A stretch of 64,000 bases of DNA from Candidatus Latescibacterota bacterium (GTDB lineage: Bacteria; Latescibacterota; UBA2968; GCA-2709665): contig OZ242180.1 in the NCBI GenBank assembly GCA_965205485.1, positions 4,160,001-4,224,000 of the forward strand, written 5' to 3'. Below are positions 10,824 through 20,066 of the stretch, piece after piece (position 1 is the stretch's first letter; every line of letters starts with the position of its first letter). Made by a program: the position numbers and the translations under genes. Below the pieces are notes generated by a model that did not search any database, was not told where the DNA came from, and saw only the letters and a list, made by a program, of their open reading frames with translations.

Positions 10824-11675
10824 CTACTGGAATTTCCGTTCCGCCCAGTCCTTCCGATCCCTGACGACGTTTTCAGCCGCCTTCCCGCTTCTGGCCAAAT
10901 GCCCCAGTTGGGCACGCATCGTAGGCTGAGTCGCGTCCTGGTACCGCCAGTCCATGCTCCAGCGCACCTTACGGGTCCTGTTGGGCAGTCCGCAATGGAA
11001 CATCAGGTTATGAAACAGGACCACGTCGCCCGGGTCCACTTCGATAGAGACCGCCTGTCCCAGACGCGGATCCAGCTCCTCCTGTGATATTTCAAGGTAA
11101 TATTCCCGCTTTTCATGGGGCACGATGCCCAGCTTGTGCGTACCGGGCACAAACTGCATACATCCGTTTTCCTCCGTTGCGGGCACGAGGGGGGCCCAGA
11201 CGTTCAGCATTCTCAGCGTCTCCACGCCGGCGGCGGCCTGCGCCGTGTATCCCCCGTCCTGATGCCACAGGACCAGCGTTCCCTTCCATTCGGGAAACTT
11301 CGGGCGCGCCGTATAATTCGGATATAGCCTGACCTCGGGTCCGAGGAGCAGTTCTGCGACGTCCAGGAGACGAGGGTGAAAGAACAGATCGAAGAGCCTG
11401 GGCCCATGCAATTCAGGCCGGAATGACGTGGGCGCCAGTTCCATGCAGTGTTCGAACAGCCGCGCAATGCGGGTTTCGAACGGCGCGTGCCTGAAAGGAT
11501 CCGTAATTCTCTCCAACGCCAATAACCGCTCCGCCTGACGGTCAACCAGAACGTCGAGTTCCTCCCGGACACCCTCGATAACGTTCGTTGCCAGAAACGC
11601 CTTCAATATCACGTAGCCGTCACGATCGAACGCCTGCTTCAATGCGTCTTCGTCCACCGGTCTAGCGCTTGACAT
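10824..11675 (-). CDS. Phytanoyl-CoA dioxygenase (PhyH) family Fe/2OG enzyme
   Basis: FDRDGY, WHQD, ENGCMQFVPGTH, GDVVLFH..H; GGAGG before ATG 11675. Confidence 0.88.
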   Translation of the reverse strand: MSSARPVDEDALKQAFDRDGYVILKAFLATNVIEGVREELDVLVDRQAERLLALERITDPFRHAPFETRIARLFEHCMELAPTSFRPELHGPRLFDLFFHPRLLDVAELLLGPEVRLYPNYTARPKFPEWKGTLVLWHQDGGYTAQAAAGVETLRMLNVWAPLVPATEENGCMQFVPGTHKLGIVPHEKREYYLEISQEELDPRLGQAVSIEVDPGDVVLFHNLMFHCGLPNRTRKVRWSMDWRYQDATQPTMRAQLGHLARSGKAAENVVRDRKDWAERKFQ

Positions 11676-11683
11676 GTGACCTC

Positions 11684-12802
11684 CTACAGGACAGACAGGT
11701 AAAGCATCCGGCACGCGGCTTCATCCAGCGGCCTCGGGTTTGTCGGGCTGCAATGGTCCGCTGCCGCCTTCCCCGCCAGCGGTTCCAGCTCATCCCGGGT
11801 AACACCCAGCTCCGAAAGCGACTCCGGCATCCCAATCCGCCTGTTTATCGCTTCGAAATAATCCGGCAGATCGGATCCCTTTCTCAGGCGCAGCCGTTGC
11901 GCCATCGTCTCGAATTTGCCGGCGCAATAGTCGAAGTTGAATCTCAGGACGGCGGGAAGAAACAGGCCGTTGAGCGTACCGTGATGCAGTGACCTGCCCA
12001 GAGACCCCAACGGATGACTCAGGCTGTGCACGGCGCCCAGGCTCTTCTGAAACGCGAGGCCGCCCTGCAACGCGCACATCAGCATCTCCTTCCTGGCCTC
12101 CCGGTCCGTCCCGTCCAGACATGCGGTGGAAATGTGACGACAGCCTCGTTCCAGCCCGTCGAGCGCGATCGCGTCGGCAACGGGGTTGAAGCGCGTGCTG
12201 CAGAAGGTCTCCACGCAATGTGAAATGGCGTCCATTCCCGTGCCGGCGCTCAGAGAAGGCGGCATCGTCATTGTCAGTTCCGGATCGCATACCGCGGCCG
12301 CGGGCGTCAGATAGCGGCTCAGGACTCCCACCTTGTCGCCGGAACTCAACGTCACCAGGGCGGCTCTGCCCACCTCGCTCCCGCTGCCGGCGGTGGTTGG
12401 TACGGCGACAATGGGCGGGACCCGGCGCGTGATCCGTTTCGTGCCGCCACACCGCATCGCATACGACTCGAGCGGTCCTGCGTGTCCCGCCAGAATCCCC
12501 GCGCACTTCGCGAGGTCCATGGAGGAACCGCCTCCGACGGCGACCAATCCGTCGCACCGCCCGTTCCGGTAGTCCTCCAGCGCTTTCAGTACCTGCGGTT
12601 CAGAAGGATTGGTTTTGACACCGCTGTACACGGGCGCGTCGCGAAGGCCAACGCGATTGGCAATACCCAGATCCTTCAGACCGGGATCGGTCACCATGAG
12701 CGGCCGGCGTATTCCGATCTGAGCGAGCAGGTCGGGCACGACCTCCGAGACGCCGAATCCGAAATACACGTCGGTCAGATAGGATATCGAGGGTTGAATC
12801 AT
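11684..12802 (-). CDS. Iron-containing alcohol dehydrogenase
   Basis: GGGSSMD, VPTTAGSGSEV, GMDAISHCVE, HSLSH, HHG. Confidence 0.9.
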   Translation of the reverse strand: MIQPSISYLTDVYFGFGVSEVVPDLLAQIGIRRPLMVTDPGLKDLGIANRVGLRDAPVYSGVKTNPSEPQVLKALEDYRNGRCDGLVAVGGGSSMDLAKCAGILAGHAGPLESYAMRCGGTKRITRRVPPIVAVPTTAGSGSEVGRAALVTLSSGDKVGVLSRYLTPAAAVCDPELTMTMPPSLSAGTGMDAISHCVETFCSTRFNPVADAIALDGLERGCRHISTACLDGTDREARKEMLMCALQGGLAFQKSLGAVHSLSHPLGSLGRSLHHGTLNGLFLPAVLRFNFDYCAGKFETMAQRLRLRKGSDLPDYFEAINRRIGMPESLSELGVTRDELEPLAGKAAADHCSPTNPRPLDEAACRMLYLSVL

Positions 12803-14418
12803 AAAAGACCCAGCCGCCTCTCGATCGACTCAGGCATCCATTCCTGACGGACCCCCAGGTCGCGGAGAATCACCTGCGCGCAGTTGTACCCGGGCAGACC
12901 GGTGACGTTGCCGCCGGGGTGGCAACTCGAACCGCACATATACAGCCCCCGAAGGTGCGTCCTGTAGTGACCGGCCCCGGGAAACGGACGGTTGTAACCG
13001 ATCTGGCCGTGTGTGAACGCGCCAACCAGAAGGTCCCCCTCCCGCATATTCGGAAACGTGCGCTCCACGTCCAGCGGGCTGTGGGCGAACCATGAGATGA
13101 GGTTCTCTTTCAGGTTCGGCGCATATCGGCCCCACTCCGCCAGCATCTCCTGTCCCAGACGGTCCCGTTCCGAATCCCAGTTCGCCGGGTCTCCATTCAG
13201 CCGGTACGGCGCCTTCTGCCACATGAACGCGGTATGCTTGCCCTCGGGCGCCTGCGACGGATCGAACAGCGTGGGACAAGTTCCCCACATGATGTTTGGC
13301 GGTTTGCGCCCCGCCTGATGGCAGGCCACCATTTCCAGGTACCGGTCGATGTGATCCAGTCCCAGAATGACCATGAACGCCTTTTCAATGGCCGGGTTTG
13401 ATCGGGCCGCAAAGTAGCGCGGCGGCGCTTTCAGATTCAGATTCAGCGCGGACAGCGGCGCCACCAGATTGTAACGGAACGCGCTCGCACGGTCTCGCCA
13501 TTTCCGGGGCAGCGCGTCGTCGTCCAGGAGGTCCAGAAACGTCTGGTGCGGATTCAGCCCGGAAGCGACAAAACGCCGGGCAATGAAACGTTCGCCGGAC
13601 GTGGCCTCCACGCCCACAACACGGTTTCCTTCCCTGATGAATCGTCCGGGTTCCGTCTCGAGGCGCACTTCTCCGCCGCATTCCCTGACCGCCGACACCA
13701 GCGCCCGTGCGAGGACCGCCGATCCGCCGCGGCACATTTGCGCCTTACCGGAACTGGCCAGCAGCGCCGCAATGTGGTGTCCGAAACCGGGGCACCGCAG
13801 ATCGACTTCACGCAACCCGTTAAAAAAAAGCAATCCGGCCTGAATCACCGGATGCCTGAATTCCCTGCGGACGAACTCGAGGGGCGATAATCGGCTGACG
13901 TCCAGCAGCAACCGGCCCTCCCTGCTTCTTTCGAGCAAGGCGCGCCGCCGGGCCGGTTCCAGCGGGGGCGCCTGCGCTTCGGGGACGATGATCCGTTCGA
14001 CGATTGGCAGGAATGCTTCGCGCCATTTCCTCAACGTCGCCGCGTCGCTGTTGCTGAAACACGCAAAGGAGTCGACGGTTTTTTCAAAGTCCGTCCACCA
14101 CTCCAGCGCTACGCCGTCCTTTGACAACAGGGCGACGTTCAATGCAGGCTCGAGGTATTCCGCGCCGTGTCGTTCCAGGTCCAGATCGCGGTACCACGGC
14201 ATCATGTTCAGCGCACGGTGGTAGAACGAATGGGTATTGTGCAGGAATCCCGGATTTCGCGCGTCCTCGATCGTCGCCAGCGCACCGCCCGGGACGCTCC
14301 TCCGTTCGAGGCACAGCACGCTGAGACCGGCCCGCCCCAGATAAGCCTGCAGGATCAGACTGTTGTGGCCGGCCCCGATAATAATGCCATCATAGATCCG
14401 GAATGTTTCGCTGTCCAT
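12799..14418 (-). CDS. Phytoene-dehydrogenase-like FAD-dependent oxidoreductase
   Basis: IIGAGHNSL dinucleotide-binding motif and C-terminal GLYMCGSSCHPGGNVTGLPG; start taken at MDSETF. Confidence 0.85.
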   Translation of the reverse strand: MDSETFRIYDGIIIGAGHNSLILQAYLGRAGLSVLCLERRSVPGGALATIEDARNPGFLHNTHSFYHRALNMMPWYRDLDLERHGAEYLEPALNVALLSKDGVALEWWTDFEKTVDSFACFSNSDAATLRKWREAFLPIVERIIVPEAQAPPLEPARRRALLERSREGRLLLDVSRLSPLEFVRREFRHPVIQAGLLFFNGLREVDLRCPGFGHHIAALLASSGKAQMCRGGSAVLARALVSAVRECGGEVRLETEPGRFIREGNRVVGVEATSGERFIARRFVASGLNPHQTFLDLLDDDALPRKWRDRASAFRYNLVAPLSALNLNLKAPPRYFAARSNPAIEKAFMVILGLDHIDRYLEMVACHQAGRKPPNIMWGTCPTLFDPSQAPEGKHTAFMWQKAPYRLNGDPANWDSERDRLGQEMLAEWGRYAPNLKENLISWFAHSPLDVERTFPNMREGDLLVGAFTHGQIGYNRPFPGAGHYRTHLRGLYMCGSSCHPGGNVTGLPGYNCAQVILRDLGVRQEWMPESIERRLGLL

Positions 14419-14506
14419 CACGGCCTCTGCGAGGACGATCGAGCCTATCGCCGGACCGCCCGGAGGTCGGTTGCCGGGCGTCACCCCGGTCTGTCGTCCG
14501 GCTCCA

Positions 14507-15322
14507 CTACCAGTACCGCTCGATATGCACCTGACCCGGGATCTTTCGCGTCTGTTCGCTGAATCCTTCCGCTTCGAGCAGAGCGAGCATGTCCTCGCAC
14601 ATTTTCGGGTTTCCGCACAGGAAGACCTGTGTATCCTCCGGCTTCGGGCGTTTCCCCCAGGCCCTGTCCAGAAAACCGCCTGCCCAGAGGTCCTGAACGT
14701 ATCCGGTCATACCGCTCCAGGGGATGTGCTCATTGGCCGGGCGGCTGATCAATGACAAATAGGTCAGATTGCTGCACAGTTGTTGCATGATTGTCAATTC
14801 CGAACGGTAGCCCAGATCCCACGATTGCCGGACGCCGTGCAGCACGGCAAAGCGACGTCCGTTGTCGCGCGGCAGGCGGGTGCGTAACATGCTCATATAC
14901 GGGGCGAGTCCGGTCCCGGTGGCCACAAGCACCACGTCCGTGGTTGGGGGCGCCTGATCCAGCGTAAAGGCTCCTGACACCTTGGGCCCCAGCCAGACGC
15001 GGTCACCCTGTTCCAGCGCAAAGAGTCTGGGCGTCAGCGCGCCTGAACGGACGACATTTATGTAGAACTCCATATGCTCCCGCAACAGGGACGATGAAGC
15101 GATCGAATAGGCTCTTCGTATCAGCCGCTTCGGATCGGGGGTGTCTTCTTCAAGGTCGGAACCTTCGCTCCTCGGTGCCCTGCCGGGAAGGCCCAGGACG
15201 GCGAATTGCCCGGGCTCGAACTCGGGAAGCTCCCATCCGTCCGCCCTCACCTGTAATATGATCAACTCGGGGGCGAGTTCGATCTTTTGAGATACAACCG
15301 CGTTGGTCAGATCCTGCGCCAA
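14507..15322 (-). CDS. fpr: Ferredoxin/flavodoxin-NADP+ reductase
   Basis: RRAYSIAS, GALTP, VATGTGLAPY, FLCGNP.M, terminal ERYW; GGGAGG before TTG 15322. Confidence 0.88.
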   Translation of the reverse strand: MAQDLTNAVVSQKIELAPELIILQVRADGWELPEFEPGQFAVLGLPGRAPRSEGSDLEEDTPDPKRLIRRAYSIASSSLLREHMEFYINVVRSGALTPRLFALEQGDRVWLGPKVSGAFTLDQAPPTTDVVLVATGTGLAPYMSMLRTRLPRDNGRRFAVLHGVRQSWDLGYRSELTIMQQLCSNLTYLSLISRPANEHIPWSGMTGYVQDLWAGGFLDRAWGKRPKPEDTQVFLCGNPKMCEDMLALLEAEGFSEQTRKIPGQVHIERYW

Positions 15323-15490
15323 ACGAACCTCCCTGTTTCTCAGCCTTCGCGCCGTCTCCGATTCGGTCCCGTGTGCAGCACGCAATCCTGCGGCGCCATC
15401 TTCGCAAAATCCGAAACAGCTTCCTCGTCCGGTACTTCGCTGACGTTCATTCGTCCTGCCGCGACGATGAGGCCGACCAGCCGGCGAAAT

Positions 15491-16261
15491 CTACGTGACC
15501 TCAAAGCTGGCCGACGCGTACGTCACGGATTGTCCGGGTTCGAGCTTCGCGACGTTCGTATTGGGAGACAGGAAACCGACCATATCCGAAAACGCGTCGA
15601 TATCGGCCGGCTGACCCACCGCATCACCGTAGTGGCAAGGAATGACGACATCCGGGCGAATCAGACTCGCGGCCCGGGCCGCCTCGCGGACACCCATCGT
15701 AAACAACCCGCCAACCGGAAGAATGGCCACCTGAGGCCCATACATCTGGCTGATCAGCTGCATATCGCTGAACAGCGAAGTATCCGACGTATTGTAGACG
15801 GAAATCCCGTTTGAAAACTGCATCACGATGCCGCAGACGCCCCCGTCGGGCCGGAAGTAATGACCTTCCGGTGCGTCGTCCAGCGCCAGATTCGGCGACA
15901 TCGACACCGAATGGAATGCCTGGGTTGCGGTAATGCGCACGCCTCCCACCTCGATCGTGCCCCCCGGATTCACCGGCCGCGCCCGATCCCCCAACGGCAG
16001 ACCGTGTTTCTCCGCGGTCTGACAAAGCTCGTAGCTGCCCGCAAATACGGCCCCCGTCCTTCTGCAGATTTCAAACGAATCGCCGATATGATCGTCGTGC
16101 CCATGGGTCGCGATCACCACGTCGGCGTGCGTAATGTCTGGCACACCCATTTCGGTCGTGGGGTTGTTGTTCAGCCACGGGTCGAAATAAACCACCTCAC
16201 CGGTATCCGGTTCCAGGCGGAAGGACGCGTGTCCCAGCAGCGTAATCCTGATGTTCGCCAT
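15491..16261 (-). CDS. Metal-dependent hydrolase, metallo-beta-lactamase fold (UPF0173-like)
   Basis: LGHASF, DPWL..NP, THGHDDHIGD, SDT.LFSDM, LPVGG.FTMG, IPCHY. Confidence 0.88.
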   Translation of the reverse strand: MANIRITLLGHASFRLEPDTGEVVYFDPWLNNNPTTEMGVPDITHADVVIATHGHDDHIGDSFEICRRTGAVFAGSYELCQTAEKHGLPLGDRARPVNPGGTIEVGGVRITATQAFHSVSMSPNLALDDAPEGHYFRPDGGVCGIVMQFSNGISVYNTSDTSLFSDMQLISQMYGPQVAILPVGGLFTMGVREAARAASLIRPDVVIPCHYGDAVGQPADIDAFSDMVGFLSPNTNVAKLEPGQSVTYASASFEVT

Positions 16262-16281
16262 CGGTATCCTCTCCCGTTCAG

Positions 16282-17349
16282 TTACGAATCATTGGCCGTC
16301 TCACGCTGGACGGCCGCTCCCGTTCCGTCGCCCGTATCGCAGATCTGACGCCAGGTTTCGTCATCCACGAATACGCCGTCTTTCTCACGTTTTCGTCGAA
16401 GCCGGAATTCGATTTCACCTGGCAGGTGGATGCGGTCGAACCCCGGCATCAGCCTTGAATCCTTCAAATAGCCGACGAAGCCGTCCACTTCGTCCCGGAA
16501 TCGCTCCGGCGGCGTAAACGCCTGGATATCGATCGCCATCAGAAACACGCCGTTTCCACCGGACGGCGCTCCGGCGCGGCTGCATCCGCCGCCGCCCAGG
16601 GCGCCGGACAGAATGTCGATGACGACAGCGAGCGCATAACCCTTGTGCGCCGCAATCCCGCCGAACGGCAGAATCGCCCCTCGCGGCGGACCGTAGAAGT
16701 CTTCAGGCCGTTCCACGGTTCTGCCCTGCGCGTCTATCGCCCAATCCTTCGGCAGGGGCTCGCCACGGTTGCGCTTCACGCGGATCTTGCCTTCAGCAAC
16801 CACGCTGGTTGTCATATCCACGACGATCGGAAAGTCTCCACCCGTAGGAACGCCCACGGCGACGGGATTTGGCGACATCCGCGCGTCGATCCCGCCGAAT
16901 GGCGAAAGCAGGCGGCCGCCACCGTGGTTGTTGCACATGACAACACCGACCATGCCGCTTTCAGCAGCCTGCTCCACGTATTCCCCAAGGCGACCGATAT
17001 GGCTGCTGTTGAACAGCTCCACCGCGGCGACGGATCTTTCCCGTGCCTTTCGGATTGCCAGTTCCATGGCCTGCGCGCAGACGGTCTGCCCGAAGCCCCA
17101 CCGCCCGTCGACCACCGCCGATGCGTCCGCCTCGCGGACAACGCGAATGTCGCGTCCGCCCTTTACGATGCCGTCCTCCAGCGCCTGCACGTACTGGGGA
17201 AGCCTGATCACGCCATGGGAATCGTGCCCCATGAGATTCGAGAGAACGAGCGAACGGGAGATCCTGTGCGCCTCCGCGCCGGATAACCCCGCCCCTTTCA
17301 TAATTCTTGCACAGACCTGTTCGAGCGATTCAACGTCTATGACCGGCAT
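16282..17349 (-). CDS. Ldh_2 family oxidoreductase (malate/L-lactate/ureidoglycolate dehydrogenase type)
   Basis: GHDSHG, HIGRLG, PNP, DMTTS.VAEGK, HKGYAL, LPGE. Confidence 0.9.
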   Translation of the reverse strand: MPVIDVESLEQVCARIMKGAGLSGAEAHRISRSLVLSNLMGHDSHGVIRLPQYVQALEDGIVKGGRDIRVVREADASAVVDGRWGFGQTVCAQAMELAIRKARERSVAAVELFNSSHIGRLGEYVEQAAESGMVGVVMCNNHGGGRLLSPFGGIDARMSPNPVAVGVPTGGDFPIVVDMTTSVVAEGKIRVKRNRGEPLPKDWAIDAQGRTVERPEDFYGPPRGAILPFGGIAAHKGYALAVVIDILSGALGGGGCSRAGAPSGGNGVFLMAIDIQAFTPPERFRDEVDGFVGYLKDSRLMPGFDRIHLPGEIEFRLRRKREKDGVFVDDETWRQICDTGDGTGAAVQRETANDS

Positions 17350-17407
17350 GGCCTCTCCAATGCAACCCGGGCGGGCCCCCCGGGCGTCCTTCGCATCCGG
17401 ATTGTCC

Positions 17408-17797
17408 TCATACCATTGGATCCTTCCGCTTCAGGACCTGGATGGCGACACCCCACGGGTCGCGCAACATCGCCAGCTGGTCGCCAACATCCGTCGCATA
17501 CACGTCGTCAACGACCGACGCCCCCGCGGCAATCAGCCGGTCGCGTTCACGTTCGATGTCATCCGTGTAGAACGCGAAATGGAGAACCGAAACATGCATC
17601 GAAGCGTAGTCGGGGGTCTTCAGCGTATCCTTTTCGTAGATTTCAAACATGGTTTTACCGGAGGCGTCTCTGAGAAAGGTCATGTGAGAAGGTGGACCCC
17701 CGTAACGGACCACTTCCATGCCCAGATGCTCGCACCACCAATCGGCTACGGCCTTTGCATCCTCAACGAGAAATGCCGTATGCTCAAAGTTCAACAT
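17408..17797 (-). CDS. VOC/glyoxalase family protein
   Basis: FEHTAF, LHFAF, LRDPWG; AGGAGAGGAG RBS. Confidence 0.85.
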   Translation of the reverse strand: MLNFEHTAFLVEDAKAVADWWCEHLGMEVVRYGGPPSHMTFLRDASGKTMFEIYEKDTLKTPDYASMHVSVLHFAFYTDDIERERDRLIAAGASVVDDVYATDVGDQLAMLRDPWGVAIQVLKRKDPMV

Positions 17798-17947
17798 GAC
17801 CGGAATCTCCTCTCCTGTTGATGTAGCGCGTCCCGCCGGCGCGCGACTTACCGCGAGTTCGCAATCTGACGAAACTGACTAAAATAGGGTCTTTCGGGCG
17901 ACCGGGCAAGTGATATCGAGGCTTCGGGGTGCCTCCCTCCGCTATAA

Positions 17948-18046
17948 CAGTCCGTTGATAAAGTCGCTCTGCAGGCGAGGCCGAGCAACGCAGTATTTCG
18001 ACCGCAAGGGCCGGCCGTAGCCCGGATGGGCTTTTTCAACGGGCTG
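17948..18046. mobile_element. 99-bp MITE-like element with 18-bp imperfect TIRs and ATAA target duplication
   Basis: CAGTCCGTTGATAAAGTC ... GGCTTTTTCAACGGGCTG (15/18 complementary), flanked by ATAA at 17944-17947 and 18047-18050. Confidence 0.75.
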
Positions 18047-19058
18047 ATAACCCCCTGCGCTCAAGGGGAATCGGGAGATCCACCCTGGCATTTCCCAGCC
18101 GTTGCGATTCCAGGAATCCAACCAGGATCTCAACGACCCGGTGCGCGTCCTTTGCAGGCGAAACCGGCTGGCCGCCTTCATTGACCAGGCGCACCAGTTC
18201 CCGGACTCCGGCGGGAATGCCGCTGACGGGCCAATCGGGCGCATGGATCGATTCCCGTTCGTTGCCGCGAACGAGCAGGGCGTTGTCGCGGCCGATCTCG
18301 ACGTACCCTGTTGTGCCCACGATTTCGCAATTGAACTTCGGGCCCGCGGAGACTTTTGATCCGCCCGCGAAAAACCCCCTCACGCCATTGGCGAAATGGA
18401 CGTATCCGCTTGCCGACGGCTCGGTAGCGGGGTCGTGGCCGCCATCGCCCCTGTACTCCGTGTAGTCCTCATAGCCTGCTTCCAGCTCCGCGAACACCCA
18501 ATCCGGCTCGGAATCCGCAAAGTAACAGATCGAATCCACCAGGTGGGTACCGTTTCTGAACAGCATCGAACGCCGTCCGTTCAGCGCCCCCACGATGTAC
18601 TGTACGGCTCCGATTTCTCCACCGTCGACAATCTGCTCCTTGATATGGCGCCATAACGGCTGGAAGCGCCTCGTGTGATCGACGGAGAGAATTGCGCCGT
18701 TGCGTTCAGCGGCGTCCACCATCCGGTCCGCGTCCGCCAGATTGGTCGCAAGGGGCTTTTCGCAAAAGATCCCCCTGACGCCCGCGGTGGCCGCATCCAC
18801 GACCAGGTCCGCGTGCCGGTGGTCGGACGTGGCCACGGTTACAATGTCAAGGTCCTCTCTTGCCAGCATTTCACGGTGATCCGGGTAGGGTTTGAGATCC
18901 GGCCATTCGGATTGCCACCGGTCCCTGAATTCGTTCAGTGTCGACTCCTCCAGGTCGCACGCCGCCGCCAGGGTGGCATTCCCCAGACCCAGAATGCCCG
19001 ATGCATGTTGTACGCCAATGCCACTGCATCCGATCACGCCCACGCGGTACGTAGCCAT
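18036..19058 (-). CDS. Gfo/Idh/MocA family oxidoreductase
   Basis: VGVIGCSGIG, IFCEKPLA, HTRRF, NGTHLVD. Confidence 0.9.
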   Translation of the reverse strand: MATYRVGVIGCSGIGVQHASGILGLGNATLAAACDLEESTLNEFRDRWQSEWPDLKPYPDHREMLAREDLDIVTVATSDHRHADLVVDAATAGVRGIFCEKPLATNLADADRMVDAAERNGAILSVDHTRRFQPLWRHIKEQIVDGGEIGAVQYIVGALNGRRSMLFRNGTHLVDSICYFADSEPDWVFAELEAGYEDYTEYRGDGGHDPATEPSASGYVHFANGVRGFFAGGSKVSAGPKFNCEIVGTTGYVEIGRDNALLVRGNERESIHAPDWPVSGIPAGVRELVRLVNEGGQPVSPAKDAHRVVEILVGFLESQRLGNARVDLPIPLERRGLSAR

Positions 19059-19813
19059 CAGTCGCCCCTTTCCTGTGATGCGTAGTCTCCACTCAGGTAT
19101 CGAAGGGTTTCCGCCATGCCCCCGTCCACGGCCGCCCGGCAGAACCGCATCCGCCGGTCTTCATCCAGAAACGGCGCGGCGGTCGCGACGTTCCGCTCCC
19201 AGGTGCGCCGCGCCTCGTCTTCCGGTGTGTCGCAGCGCCGTAACCTGAGAAATATGCGCTCCAGTTCCCAGGGGTCGTCCTCGAGCGCCCAGGGCTTGAC
19301 CAGATCGAGGTATTCGCCCACAACCCTGCAGTCGATAAAGCCAACGCTGTCGTCGCGTCCGAAACGGTGGACCTCGGTCAAGTAACGGGCATTGCCGATG
19401 CTGAATCCGTCCACCATGGACCACAGACCCATTACAATCGGTCGCCAGTCTTCGATGCCGTAGACGTGGACGGTGACTTCGTCCCGGAACGCCTCGTCCG
19501 CCGTCAGGTGAGAAATGTACCCGAGCATTACGGCGACATCCGCACCGGAAAGCCGTCCCGGGTCGGCCAGGTCGGGGTGGGCGCCGAACAGCCCCGAAAC
19601 CGACCGCCCCCACGTCTCACGGCGGTCGTCTGAATAGAAATGCGTGGCGAATTTACCCCTATTGCCCACAAAACGCAGTCCGTCCGGCGCGCACGTGCCG
19701 GCAAGCAGGTCGGGCGTGTGCGCATCCGCGAACGCCGCCGCCTCGGGACATTCATCCCGGAATCGTTCGTGCAGTGCTGCCATCAATGCAAAATGACATC
19801 GGCCTCTTGGCAT
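19058..19813 (-). CDS. Zinc-dependent phospholipase C/S1-P1-like fold protein
   Basis: MP...H start, G..APD, THF and GYISHLTAD motifs; start reassigned to ATG 19813. Confidence 0.65.
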   Translation of the reverse strand: MPRGRCHFALMAALHERFRDECPEAAAFADAHTPDLLAGTCAPDGLRFVGNRGKFATHFYSDDRRETWGRSVSGLFGAHPDLADPGRLSGADVAVMLGYISHLTADEAFRDEVTVHVYGIEDWRPIVMGLWSMVDGFSIGNARYLTEVHRFGRDDSVGFIDCRVVGEYLDLVKPWALEDDPWELERIFLRLRRCDTPEDEARRTWERNVATAAPFLDEDRRMRFCRAAVDGGMAETLRYLSGDYASQERGD

Positions 19814-19988
19814 CGGGTATTTCCGCGGCTTGCGAAATATGACGTCGACTCCGGTATAAATCCTCTCAAATCTAAGGGAAGTGCCCCGTCCGGTCAAGAT
19901 TGAACGGGCGCACCCTCGTCCTCCGGCTCGTGTCCGGATTTCGTACGACGCCGCACGCCGGAAAAGCCCCCGTTATCTGTTTTTTGAG

Positions 19989-20017
19989 TTGACGCGCGTC
20001 AGAGGAACGTCTAAGTT
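19989..20017 (+). promoter_or_regulatory. Sigma70-type promoter for the second hydantoinase pair
   Basis: TTGACG-17 nt-TAAGTT, about 50 nt upstream of ATG 20067. Confidence 0.5.
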
Positions 20018-20066
20018 CTGACTGTCGTCCAACATCCAACTCTCGACGCTTCTCCCGGATGTAGCC

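Noticed and set aside
12799..14418. Carotenoid biosynthesis (crtI)
   Set aside because: No crtB/crtE neighbours; the context is catabolic.
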